Source: a virus
Lineage: Duplodnaviria > Caudoviricetes
Strand: one strand, 5' to 3'
Length of the DNA stretch: 53,303 bases
Virus record (IMG/VR): IMGVR_UViG_3300030104_000911
Coordinates: 1-53,303 of that record
Part shown: piece after piece, positions 17,202 through 27,000 of the stretch
How positions within the stretch are numbered: position 1 is the first letter of the stretch
Layout of the letters: each line of letters starts with the position of its first letter
Notes under the pieces: generated by a model
The model's input: the letters and a program-made list of their open reading frames with translations, nothing else
Told to the model about the DNA's origin: nothing
The model's database searches: none
Position numbers and translations under genes: made by a program

Positions 17202-19583
17202 ATGGCTGCAATTAAGTTACAAAATTTTAGAGGGCAAGCTCCTAAAACATCTTCTGAGTTATTACCAAATGGTTTTGCACAAGATGCTCTTAATTTAAAA
17301 TTATCGTCAGGAGATTTAGTTCCTTATAGAACTCCAGTAGTTGTAGATAATACAGAGCGAACAGTAAATGTAAGTACAATATATGCTCTAAAAGACCCTG
17401 ATACAAATGCTTTAGTGTGGCTAAGTTTTACTAGTGATGTTGATATAGTGACAGCATCTGATTCATCTGATGATGAGCAACGATTTTATTATACAGGTGA
17501 CACAGAACCTAGAGTTTCTAATTATGAATTAGCAACTACTGGTTCAGAACCATACCCATCAACAACTGGGTACTATGATTTAGGTTTAGATATACCAACG
17601 ACTACTTTAACAGCTACAGCAACATCTTTTTCTGTGGTATCTGCTACACATTATGAACGTGATTCTGGTAACACAGCTACGTTTTATGGGTCTGGAAATC
17701 ATAATTTGCGTACAGGTAATGTAGTAAGTATTCGTGATTTTGGAACTTCGGATGAAGCTAAATCTTTTAATGCTACTAATGTTGAAATAACAGTAATAAA
17801 TGCAACAGATTTTCAATACTTTAACCCAGGAAGTCAAGTATCTAAAACAGCTAATACTACTGGTAGAGCTGATATGGCGGGTGTTACACAAGTTAGAACT
17901 TATATTTATACATGGATTACACCATGGGGTGAAGAGTCAATACCTTCTGCAGTATCTAATGAAGTTTATATAAAAGAAGGACAAACAGTTACTGTATCAA
18001 ATTTACCTACTGCAAAACCATCTGGGGATAATTTTGTAAGAGGTGTAAAGTTGTATCGCAGTGTTACATCAGCTGCTGCTACAGATTATTTTTTACTTGA
18101 TACTTTATGGTTTCCAACTTCTACAGTAAGTTTTTCTAGAACTAGCAACGTAGCTACTGTAGTGCTTGCTCACCCACATAATATGATTGTAGGGAATAGG
18201 TTTAAAATAAAAAGTTCTACTATAGATAGCGGAGGTTTTAATGTTACAGACGGGATAGTAGTAAGTGTAATTAACAAAACTAGTTTTACATATTCAGATT
18301 CTGGTAGCGATGTTAGTACCACAGGAGATACAAATGGTGTTTTATGTCACGACGTTGCTGAATCTTTAGACGATACGGCTAGATATTGGGGTGATAGCAA
18401 CCATAATTTTACTGACGATTTTGCAGTTTCAGGGTTGACTACTGTTGTAGCTTCTGAAAATTATGACAAACCAAATAGTAATATGATAGGACTAACTAAT
18501 TACCATAGAAATATGCTTGTAGGTTTCTTTGACAACCAGTTGTGTATATCGTTTCCTGATAAACCACATGCATGGCCTGAAAAATTTAGGCAAACATTAG
18601 ACTCTGATATTGTAGGTATTGCTGTTAGCGGTGGATATATACTAGCATTAACAGAATCGTTTCCTTATATTATATCGGGCAATAGCCCAGAGTCTATGTC
18701 AGTAGTTCGTATTGATGCTAATTACCCTTGCCTATCTAAACAATCTATAGTTAATGTCGGATTGCAAGGTGTAATGTGGGCTACTCATGGTGGGTTAGCA
18801 TCATGGCGAAGCGGAAGCGGATTAAATATTATGACTGCGGCATTACATGACTGGGATACATGGGGAGACTATGTAGACCCGTCTACTATAGTAGGTCATT
18901 ATTACAACGATAAATATTTCGGTTCTCACGATACAGGGTCATTTACTTTTCAGTTAGACAATGACCAAGGTGGAACTTTTGTAAAGATTAACTATAAATT
19001 TACTGCAGCATATACTGATTCTATTACAGGTATTATGTATTATACTTCAGATACTTCAGGAGATATTTTAGAATGGGATAATAAGACTCAAGTATTATCT
19101 CCTATGGAATGGAAATCAAAAACTTTAACTACTGAAAATTATATAAATATGGGTGCTGCTAGAGTTATAGCTGATTATGCTGTAACTGACGCAGAAACTT
19201 TAATTAATACTAATTACAATAACTCTGTAGCTGTGTCTAATGCTGCTATATGGTCTGAGTCTCAACAATTAGGCACTGTAAATGGGCCCACTGATTATAC
19301 ATCTAGTAGTATACGACAGGAAAATATAGGAACATTAAATGCTTACCCTATAAATGGAGATGGGCAAACTCAAAATTTAGTAGAAGTATCAGGAACTTTA
19401 CCTGTTACATTTAAATTTTTTGCTGACAAGTCTCTTATATTTCAAGGAACTGTAACATCTAATGATATATTTAGGCTACCTTCTGGATATAGGTCAGACA
19501 CGTTTGAAGTGGCTGTGTCAGGTTCAGCTAGGGTTAGAGCCATACATCTTGGGGAAACTCCAATAGGATTGAAAAGTGTATGA
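17202..19583 (+). CDS. Tail nozzle/stabilisation protein
   Basis: IKLQNFRGQAP...AQDALN start; PHAWP, CLSKQSIV, WKSK, FRLPSGY motifs; ATG 17202 preferred over track start 17175. Confidence 0.75.
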   Translation: MAAIKLQNFRGQAPKTSSELLPNGFAQDALNLKLSSGDLVPYRTPVVVDNTERTVNVSTIYALKDPDTNALVWLSFTSDVDIVTASDSSDDEQRFYYTGDTEPRVSNYELATTGSEPYPSTTGYYDLGLDIPTTTLTATATSFSVVSATHYERDSGNTATFYGSGNHNLRTGNVVSIRDFGTSDEAKSFNATNVEITVINATDFQYFNPGSQVSKTANTTGRADMAGVTQVRTYIYTWITPWGEESIPSAVSNEVYIKEGQTVTVSNLPTAKPSGDNFVRGVKLYRSVTSAAATDYFLLDTLWFPTSTVSFSRTSNVATVVLAHPHNMIVGNRFKIKSSTIDSGGFNVTDGIVVSVINKTSFTYSDSGSDVSTTGDTNGVLCHDVAESLDDTARYWGDSNHNFTDDFAVSGLTTVVASENYDKPNSNMIGLTNYHRNMLVGFFDNQLCISFPDKPHAWPEKFRQTLDSDIVGIAVSGGYILALTESFPYIISGNSPESMSVVRIDANYPCLSKQSIVNVGLQGVMWATHGGLASWRSGSGLNIMTAALHDWDTWGDYVDPSTIVGHYYNDKYFGSHDTGSFTFQLDNDQGGTFVKINYKFTAAYTDSITGIMYYTSDTSGDILEWDNKTQVLSPMEWKSKTLTTENYINMGAARVIADYAVTDAETLINTNYNNSVAVSNAAIWSESQQLGTVNGPTDYTSSSIRQENIGTLNAYPINGDGQTQNLVEVSGTLPVTFKFFADKSLIFQGTVTSNDIFRLPSGYRSDTFEVAVSGSARVRAIHLGETPIGLKSV

Positions 19584-19939
19584 CCAATAGATTTGTATCT
19601 GTACCAGCTGTACCCACTAATACTGATTTAAATCAGCAAATAACTGTATTAATAGAAAACATAAAAGAAAACGTTGAACTACTTACAGGACTCAGAGATG
19701 AGGTAGATAGAATAAGTAAAGCAGTTACACAAGGACAAGTAACAGTTTTAAATATGAGCACTCAAAATATGCAACAAGTGTCTGCTAAAGGTGCAGGATT
19801 TACAATTAGTGGACAAGATATTCCAAGTCTTGAAGACTACAATAAATTGAGACAAGATGTGCAAACACTAGCAGAAGATGTTAAAGTTACGAGAGCAGTG
19901 TTAAATACTTTAATAACGCAACTAAAGGGGATAACGTAA
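19580..19939 (+). CDS. Small tail protein
   Basis: ATGA overlap with nozzle; coiled-coil C-terminus. Confidence 0.65.
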   Translation: MTNRFVSVPAVPTNTDLNQQITVLIENIKENVELLTGLRDEVDRISKAVTQGQVTVLNMSTQNMQQVSAKGAGFTISGQDIPSLEDYNKLRQDVQTLAEDVKVTRAVLNTLITQLKGIT

Positions 19940-20769
19940 TGACTGAAAAAGTAAATGTAAAGTTAGGTGCAGTAGGTATGGCAGATGAGCCATCATTAGA
20001 TATACCACCTCAAATATTAGCTTTATTAAATATGGGGCCTTCTTCTGTTAACCCAATACCTGGTGAAGTCCAGTCGTATCAAGAGGGGGGCATGGTACAA
20101 CCCGCAGGTGTTCAAGCTGCAGGTATGCCAACAGGACAGCCCATGAATAGCCAAATGATAGAAATGGCAATTAACCAATCGGCTGCACAAAATCCTGAAT
20201 TAGTTGCAAGAGTTAGAGCAGGCATAGAAGCAGGTTTACAATCAGGTGAGATAAATATGGAAGACCTTAATATGGCTATAGAACTTGCTAAAACAGTTGC
20301 TCAAAATCCTGCTATGTATCCACAAGTTAGACAGTTTGTTATACAAAAAGGATTAGCTACAGCGGAAGAACTACCCCCTGAATATGATGAAGCTATAGTA
20401 ATAGCTTTACTTATAGCAGCTAAAGCAATGGCTACTGACGTAGAATTTACAGACCGTCCACCTTTACAGCCAGGGCAACCAGCTCCTATACAAGATATGA
20501 GAGACGGTGGGGAGCTAAAAAAAATACCTGAAGGTAATTCTGGATTGTCTAAGCTACCAGAAGATGTAAGGAATAGAATGGGGTATATGCAAGATGGCGG
20601 TGTACTAAAAGGGCCATCGCATGACCAAGGTGGTATTCCTGTTAAAGTAGCTGGAGTTAACGCAGCAGAAATGGAAGGTGGTGAATACGTTATACCTAAA
20701 CATGTTGTTAAAGCTAAGGGTACAGAATTTTTTGATAGAATGTTAGCTAGTTACGAGGATAAAACATAA
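19939..20769 (+). CDS. Probable internal virion protein
   Basis: YQEGG, MRDGG, MQDGG motifs; C-terminal GPSHDQGGI...EGGEYVIP...KGTEFF module. Confidence 0.65.
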   Translation: MTEKVNVKLGAVGMADEPSLDIPPQILALLNMGPSSVNPIPGEVQSYQEGGMVQPAGVQAAGMPTGQPMNSQMIEMAINQSAAQNPELVARVRAGIEAGLQSGEINMEDLNMAIELAKTVAQNPAMYPQVRQFVIQKGLATAEELPPEYDEAIVIALLIAAKAMATDVEFTDRPPLQPGQPAPIQDMRDGGELKKIPEGNSGLSKLPEDVRNRMGYMQDGGVLKGPSHDQGGIPVKVAGVNAAEMEGGEYVIPKHVVKAKGTEFFDRMLASYEDKT

Positions 20770-21236
20770 TGTTAGAAGCAATAAACAGCACAAATAAAAA
20801 ATCTAATTATCAACCACAACTATTATCTACAAAAGAATTAGTAGATAAATACTGGGCTCAATGTATTCCATTACTAGAAAAGTGTGTTAACAAGCAAATG
20901 CATGGAGAGATGGAAATAGACGATATTTATACTCGTGCTTTAAAAGGAGAAATGTATATTATTGTAGTTAAAAATGATATACCAGAAGTACCTGATGTAA
21001 AGTTAGTACTAGTATTAGAACTTCATTACTACCCAAGATTTACAGCTATGAATGTAGTAGCTTTAGGAGGCATTGATTTAAAAGCTATGATAGATGAGTT
21101 TTGGCCATATGTTTGCGGATGGGCAAAAATATGCGGAGTTAAAAAAATAGAATGTTCCGTGCCTTTAGCTATGGAAAGAATTTTAAAAAATGTTGGGTTT
21201 AAACAAAATTATATTCAGATGAGGCAAGAATTATGA
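20769..21236 (+). CDS. GNAT-like morphogenesis protein
   Basis: 155 aa between nozzle and ejection genes; WAK..G...IE...R.LK..GF pattern. Confidence 0.55.
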   Translation: MLEAINSTNKKSNYQPQLLSTKELVDKYWAQCIPLLEKCVNKQMHGEMEIDDIYTRALKGEMYIIVVKNDIPEVPDVKLVLVLELHYYPRFTAMNVVALGGIDLKAMIDEFWPYVCGWAKICGVKKIECSVPLAMERILKNVGFKQNYIQMRQEL

Positions 21237-22498
21237 GTACTATAGCTATAAACCCATTAATTGTACAAGTTAAACAAAACGATTTAGAAACTATATCACC
21301 AATAAATCCTACAGTGCACAAAGGTGGGATAGGAAAATTAGTAGGTGTAGTAGCAGCAGTAGCAATACCACTTGCTGCCCCAGCTATTGCGTCTTCTATT
21401 GCAGCTTCGGGTGTCCTTGGAGCATCTATTAGTACAGCAATGACGACTGGCATAGGTGGCGTTATTTCTTCTGCGATTGCAGGTGCAGCTTTAGGTGCTG
21501 TATCAGCAGCAGTAACAGGACAACCCATAGGAGCAGGAGCTTTAGTAGGTGCAATCGGCGGTGGAATCGGTGGATTTACACAAGGCGTGTCAGCAGGCGG
21601 AGCAGAGCAAGTTGCAAGCGGAGCAGGCGGCGGAGCAACTGCAACAGGTGGAGGCCCACAAACATATACAGGTGGATTTGGCGAATCAACTGCTGGAATA
21701 GGCTTAGAACAAGGAGCTCAGTTAGCAGAACAAACAGCAGAGTTTGGGAGTGCTGTTGTAAAAACACCAACTACACTAATGGAAACACTAAAACAAACAA
21801 GTGAAACAGTGCTTAGTAAACTGAAGTCTCCTGAAAATCTTGCTAATCTTACTATGCAAGCAGCAGGCAGTTTAGTTGGTGAGGCTTTGGTTCCTGAAGG
21901 AACATTAGCTCAATTATCACCAGAAGAGCAAGCATTAATTGAAGAACGTAAAGCAGAACTAGTAGCTTTAAGAGATAGAGATTTAGCAGCTTATAACCAA
22001 GCTATTGAAATATCAAAACAATATATGGTTCAAGCAGGACAAGTTGACCCTACATATTTTGCTCAACAAGAAGCGAATAAGGCTAAAATAGTTGGTGCTC
22101 AAACTGCAAGAAGAATAGAAGAAGAGGCAGCTCTTGCCGATAAAAATTTTACTCAAGGAGATAAAGCTAGATTAGGTTTAGATACTGCTAGAGTAGCAGC
22201 GTCTAAATTTGATGAAGGGTTTATGACAGGAACAAATCTTAGAACTAATCTTGTAGATGCTGCTAATAGAACAATGCCTACTGCTAGTCAAACAGTTAAC
22301 TATTCTGCAGGTCTAAAAGACTTGCAAGATGTATATGCTGGACAAAGAAAAACAGCTGATGATGAGAGAAAAAATATTCAAAAGATGTTCGCTGGTTTAA
22401 ATCTTACTTCAGGTCAAACTGAAAAAGAAAAAGATGAAGCATTAAGAATATATGGTCAGGGATATCAAGACGCATTAAATAGGACTAGCGAGGTATAA
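21233..22498 (+). CDS. DNA ejection (pilot) protein
   Basis: HKGG followed by Gly/Ala-rich hydrophobic helices, then a helical region. Confidence 0.65.
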   Translation: MSTIAINPLIVQVKQNDLETISPINPTVHKGGIGKLVGVVAAVAIPLAAPAIASSIAASGVLGASISTAMTTGIGGVISSAIAGAALGAVSAAVTGQPIGAGALVGAIGGGIGGFTQGVSAGGAEQVASGAGGGATATGGGPQTYTGGFGESTAGIGLEQGAQLAEQTAEFGSAVVKTPTTLMETLKQTSETVLSKLKSPENLANLTMQAAGSLVGEALVPEGTLAQLSPEEQALIEERKAELVALRDRDLAAYNQAIEISKQYMVQAGQVDPTYFAQQEANKAKIVGAQTARRIEEEAALADKNFTQGDKARLGLDTARVAASKFDEGFMTGTNLRTNLVDAANRTMPTASQTVNYSAGLKDLQDVYAGQRKTADDERKNIQKMFAGLNLTSGQTEKEKDEALRIYGQGYQDALNRTSEV

Positions 22499-22501
22499 AC
22501 A

Positions 22502-24067
22502 ATGGCAGTACTAGACCCACAAGAATATATGCAAGCTGTAAGAGATGCTAATGAGCTTAGAAATATACAACGTACTAATCAAGACAGACAAAACTTTCAA
22601 CAGTTTACTCCTAATATAGCAACAGATTCTATAGGTTTAAAATTACCTGACCAGCCTGATACACTTAATATAAAGCAACAAGCAGAAGAAGATAGAATAG
22701 CTAAAGAACAAGAAGATTATAATGCAATGATAAGCAAAAGAGGAGGTATAGACCCAACGTTAAATCCTGGGGCAAGCGATATAGTTAAAGACCAAGCAGA
22801 AATACAAAAAGCCTTTGAAGGCACAGCATATAGAACATTTACTCTTAGAGAAGTTTTAAAAAGTGGTGAAGGACTTGCAAGCTTTGTTAAACTACCTAGT
22901 GGATTGTATAAAAGAAAAAGACCTAGAATTTTTGGTAATGCTGAAGATAATAAAAGATATTATGATGCTATAGAAAAAAATAGAATTCCCGCTGCAAAAG
23001 TTGCTGCTGCTACTAGACCAGAAGGTACTGGTGGTGGTTTAGAAAATGTTGGGGTATTTACTGGGTCACGAGCTGACGCTACGCAAGTATTTCGAGATGA
23101 GCTAGCTTTAATTGAAGAAATGCCTAACAGCCCAGAAAAAATAGCTAGGCTAGAAGACCTTAAAACTAGAATAAAAGATTCTGGAGTTGTAAAATTAAGT
23201 GAAGATGAAGCTAAACGAAAAGGAATTACTCAAGTTAGGAGTAATATATTAACAGATATAGAGAGAATAAAAAAAGATTCAGAACCAGAAAAAATAACAT
23301 TATCTTTTCAAAACGTAGAACTTGCTGAAGCTAACGATGCTGTAAGATTAGCTATACAAAAAAGAAACGAAATTGCAAGACTAGCTAATATAGCTAGGGT
23401 TAAAGGTAATGAAGAAGAATTTAATAACTATAGAAACCAGCTATCTGGATTAGACATTGGTATAGCTAGAGCACAAGGTATGCAAGGTTTAAACGATATA
23501 ACACAAGGTGATACTAGAAGATTAACTGCTGCTTTAAGATTTGCTACAGGACTTAATATACAAATTACACCAAGAGATGACGGTTCTTTTACTGTTGTAG
23601 GTTTAAGCGACCAACCAGAAATAAAAAGTGTTTCTGAACTAATATCTCAAAGTCGACAAATATTTGACAGAGAGTACAAAGCAAAATTAGAAAATCTACA
23701 AATAGAATTATTTAAAGAGAATTATAAATTTGAATTAGAAACTAAAAGAGATTTATATAAAACAGACGCAGAGTTTAGAAAAGACATGGCTTTAAAACAA
23801 AAAGATATGGAAATAGCAGCAGCAAAAAAAGGATGGACATTTACTAAAGATGTAGATGATGGTCAAGGTGGTTTTATGACTATAGCAGAAAAAGATGGAT
23901 TATTATTTAGAGTTAGAAGTTCAATCCAAGAAGACCAAAAAGGCAAAGAGATTTTATATTTTAACTTAGAACCTATCGGTGGTTTTGGTTCTGCACTATA
24001 TTCTACTCAAGAGTATATGAATCAAATTGATAACTCTAGTAAACCAAATGTAGGCGTACAACAATAG
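22502..24067 (+). CDS. Probable ejection/internal virion protein
   Basis: 521 aa, helical; lies between the pilot and the giant protein. Confidence 0.55.
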   Translation: MAVLDPQEYMQAVRDANELRNIQRTNQDRQNFQQFTPNIATDSIGLKLPDQPDTLNIKQQAEEDRIAKEQEDYNAMISKRGGIDPTLNPGASDIVKDQAEIQKAFEGTAYRTFTLREVLKSGEGLASFVKLPSGLYKRKRPRIFGNAEDNKRYYDAIEKNRIPAAKVAAATRPEGTGGGLENVGVFTGSRADATQVFRDELALIEEMPNSPEKIARLEDLKTRIKDSGVVKLSEDEAKRKGITQVRSNILTDIERIKKDSEPEKITLSFQNVELAEANDAVRLAIQKRNEIARLANIARVKGNEEEFNNYRNQLSGLDIGIARAQGMQGLNDITQGDTRRLTAALRFATGLNIQITPRDDGSFTVVGLSDQPEIKSVSELISQSRQIFDREYKAKLENLQIELFKENYKFELETKRDLYKTDAEFRKDMALKQKDMEIAAAKKGWTFTKDVDDGQGGFMTIAEKDGLLFRVRSSIQEDQKGKEILYFNLEPIGGFGSALYSTQEYMNQIDNSSKPNVGVQQ

Positions 24068-24076
24068 GAGTTACAC

Positions 24077-27000
24077 ATGGTATTAAAAGTAGGCTTAGAT
24101 TTACCTTCTAATAATACTATTGCTAGAAATTTACCCAGCACTGAAAGTATTGCTAAAGGTATAGAAAGTACACCTTCTCTTAGCGAGTTACAATTAAATA
24201 ATCAAGCATTACTTGCTAATATACAACCAACACCAGAAACGCCTGATGTGTTAGATTCACCTCAAGTTTTTTATAGCCCAAGCACTAGAAAGATGTTTGT
24301 CAACGGCTTGATGTTTGATGATGACGACGCTAAGACAGCATTACAATCTGTAAATCAAATTAAAGCTACGCCTGTAAAACCTTCTTTAGATGTTGCAACT
24401 GATTGGACAAGAGTTAGTCCCCAAGATTATGGCTCTTACATCAAGGGGATTAAAAACCCACAAGCGGGTAGATTATTTTCTGAAAACATAGATATAGGTG
24501 CTAGTAATTTAAAACAATTATTTGGTAGAGCATCACAAGCTTTTGGAGCAGAAGAATTTGGCCAAAGTCTTGTTGATGAAGCTACTAAAGAACTAGAAAA
24601 GAACGAACCTTTTCAAAGAGAATTTGCTAATATTAAAGGTGGGTATATACGAGACGGTGATGCAGAAGAATCACATGATGCCATAGATTGGTTTGTTGCT
24701 AACTTTGGACAACAAATACCAAACTTATTAGAGTCTGTAGTAGTTGCGTTAGCTGGTGCTGCTATAGGTGGTGTTGCAGGTGGCCCTTTTGGTGCTATAG
24801 GTGGAGCAATAACTTCTCTTGCAAGTAGACAATCTTATAAACAAGCTGTAATAAAAGCAGCTAATAAATACCAGAAAGATAGAAAATCACTTACTGCTGG
24901 TGAAAGAAAATTACTTCGTGAAGTATCAAGTTTAACAGCTGTTGCTAAATTAAAAACTCCTAGAATATTTACTGTTGATAGCAAAGGAGTTGCTAAAAAA
25001 ACTTTTGCTAAACCAGATTTAGATGAGGCAATTAAAAAAGGGTTACCTGATGCTGCTGCTAAAGTAGCTGCAAGGGGCAAACGACAAGCTCAAATTGGTG
25101 GTGCTTTAGGTGCAACAACTTTAAGTAGTTATGTTATAGGTGTTGGAGATATATATGGTGAGCAAAGAGAAACGGGTCAAGACAATAGACTGACTGCTTT
25201 TCTTTCTGCAATACCTTATGCTGCATTTGAAACGTTGCCTGAGTTTGTGTTAGGACTAAGACTATTTGGAGTTAACCCAAATAAAATTAGTAAAACATTA
25301 ATAGATGACGGAATAAAAGGAAAATTAAAAAGAGGAGCAGCAAGAGCAACAAAAGGATTTGGAGTTGGTGCTGCATTAGAAGGTGCTACAGAGGTAGCAC
25401 AAGAAAGTTTAATATTAACTAACACAGGACAATTTAATAGTAGAGACCCACAAATACAAAAAAGATTACTTAATGCGTTTGCAGCAGGAGCTTTTGTTGG
25501 TGGCCCAATCGGTGGTGTAGCTAACTTATTTAATAGACCTAGCTCAGATATATTAAATAAAAATAACCAAAGAACTGAACCTAATGACCCATTAGAATTT
25601 GTAGACCAACAACCAAGCCGAAAGGATAGATTAGATGCAACAAGAGATGAAAGAAATGAATTGTTACGTCAACAAATGAAATTACCAGCTTCTGCATTTA
25701 CACAAACTACTGAAGAAATAAATGTATTAGAAAAAGAATTAAATAAAAAACCAGCAAAAGATTTTCCTGTTGCAGTTTTACCTGAAGGCACACAGTTAGA
25801 TTTACCTGGAATAGAAACTGAAGCTGCTGCACAAACTAATAAAGAAATAAATGCGTTAAAAAAACTAATAAACAAAAACAAAAATAAAGGAGACCAACTA
25901 GAACTTGATGTTGGAGCACCTCCAATAGTAGAAACAACTACTACTGATAATAAGAAAACTAATAAAGAAATAAATGAATTAAAAAAACAATTAGATAAAA
26001 AAGAAAAAGATTTAACAGACCCAGTAGTAGCAGACCCAGTAGTAACAGCTCCTGCTTCAGGTTATGCTGCAGGGCAGACTATTCAATACTATGAAACAGA
26101 TGGCTCAATAAATACAGCAGAAATTAAAGCAGTAAGTGAGACTGGAGCTACTTTAAAAGTTGTAAAAAAAGGTAAGAAAAAAGAAGAATTATTATCAGTA
26201 GAAAATATAGAAGCAAATCCTAAAGATGTTAACTTTATTTTAAGAAGTCCTGGTGCAAATATTCAAGGTAAAAAAGCTAATGAACTTAATTTAGAAGAAA
26301 CAAAAAATGCTTTAACCAAACTTAGAGATATTTATAAAGAAGTTATTAATTCAAAACAAAAAATAACTGGAGACTTACAGCGTGATATAACAGCTTTAAG
26401 AAATAGACTTGAAATATTAAAAGCTGAACAGAAAGCAGAAGTTAATTCTGATGTACTTGAAGAAGCTATAAAAACATTCACTATATTTATGTCTGCTCCT
26501 GGAGTAAATTTAACCACACAAGAACAACAAGATTTAAGAGAAGGAACTATTAAACTTATACAAGAAAATAATTTAGATACTATAAAAAAATTTAATGCTT
26601 TTATTAGGTCAGATAAATTTCCTAGAGCTGATGATATAAGAGAGTTAGATAAAACAAATAAATTTATTAAAGACAACAATGTAGACGTTAATTCTGAACA
26701 GTTTATATCTGAAGCTCAAGAAGTATTTGGAGATATGGGGCCTGTACTTTCTAGGCAATTTGCTGCAGAACAAATTATTCAACAAAGAAACGAACAAGAA
26801 GGAGGTACACAAGATGCCGATACGGAGCAAGAAGCAACTGAAGTGGTTACAGGCAAACAAGCCAGAGGTAGCAGAACAACTACTACAGGAGACAACCAAG
26901 AAACAGCTATTGACACTACCAAACAAGATAAGCTTAAAAAGCCTGTCGGAAAAAAGACAACGGGAAAGAAGAAATTACAAGCTAAGAAAACTGAAGACGC

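Noticed and set aside
21549-21701. 50-codon +1 ORF (GTG start, AGGAG upstream) inside the pilot protein
   Set aside because: Gly/Ala-rich host sequence leaves +1 open by default, and GGA GCA codons mimic an SD; much weaker than the two reported cases
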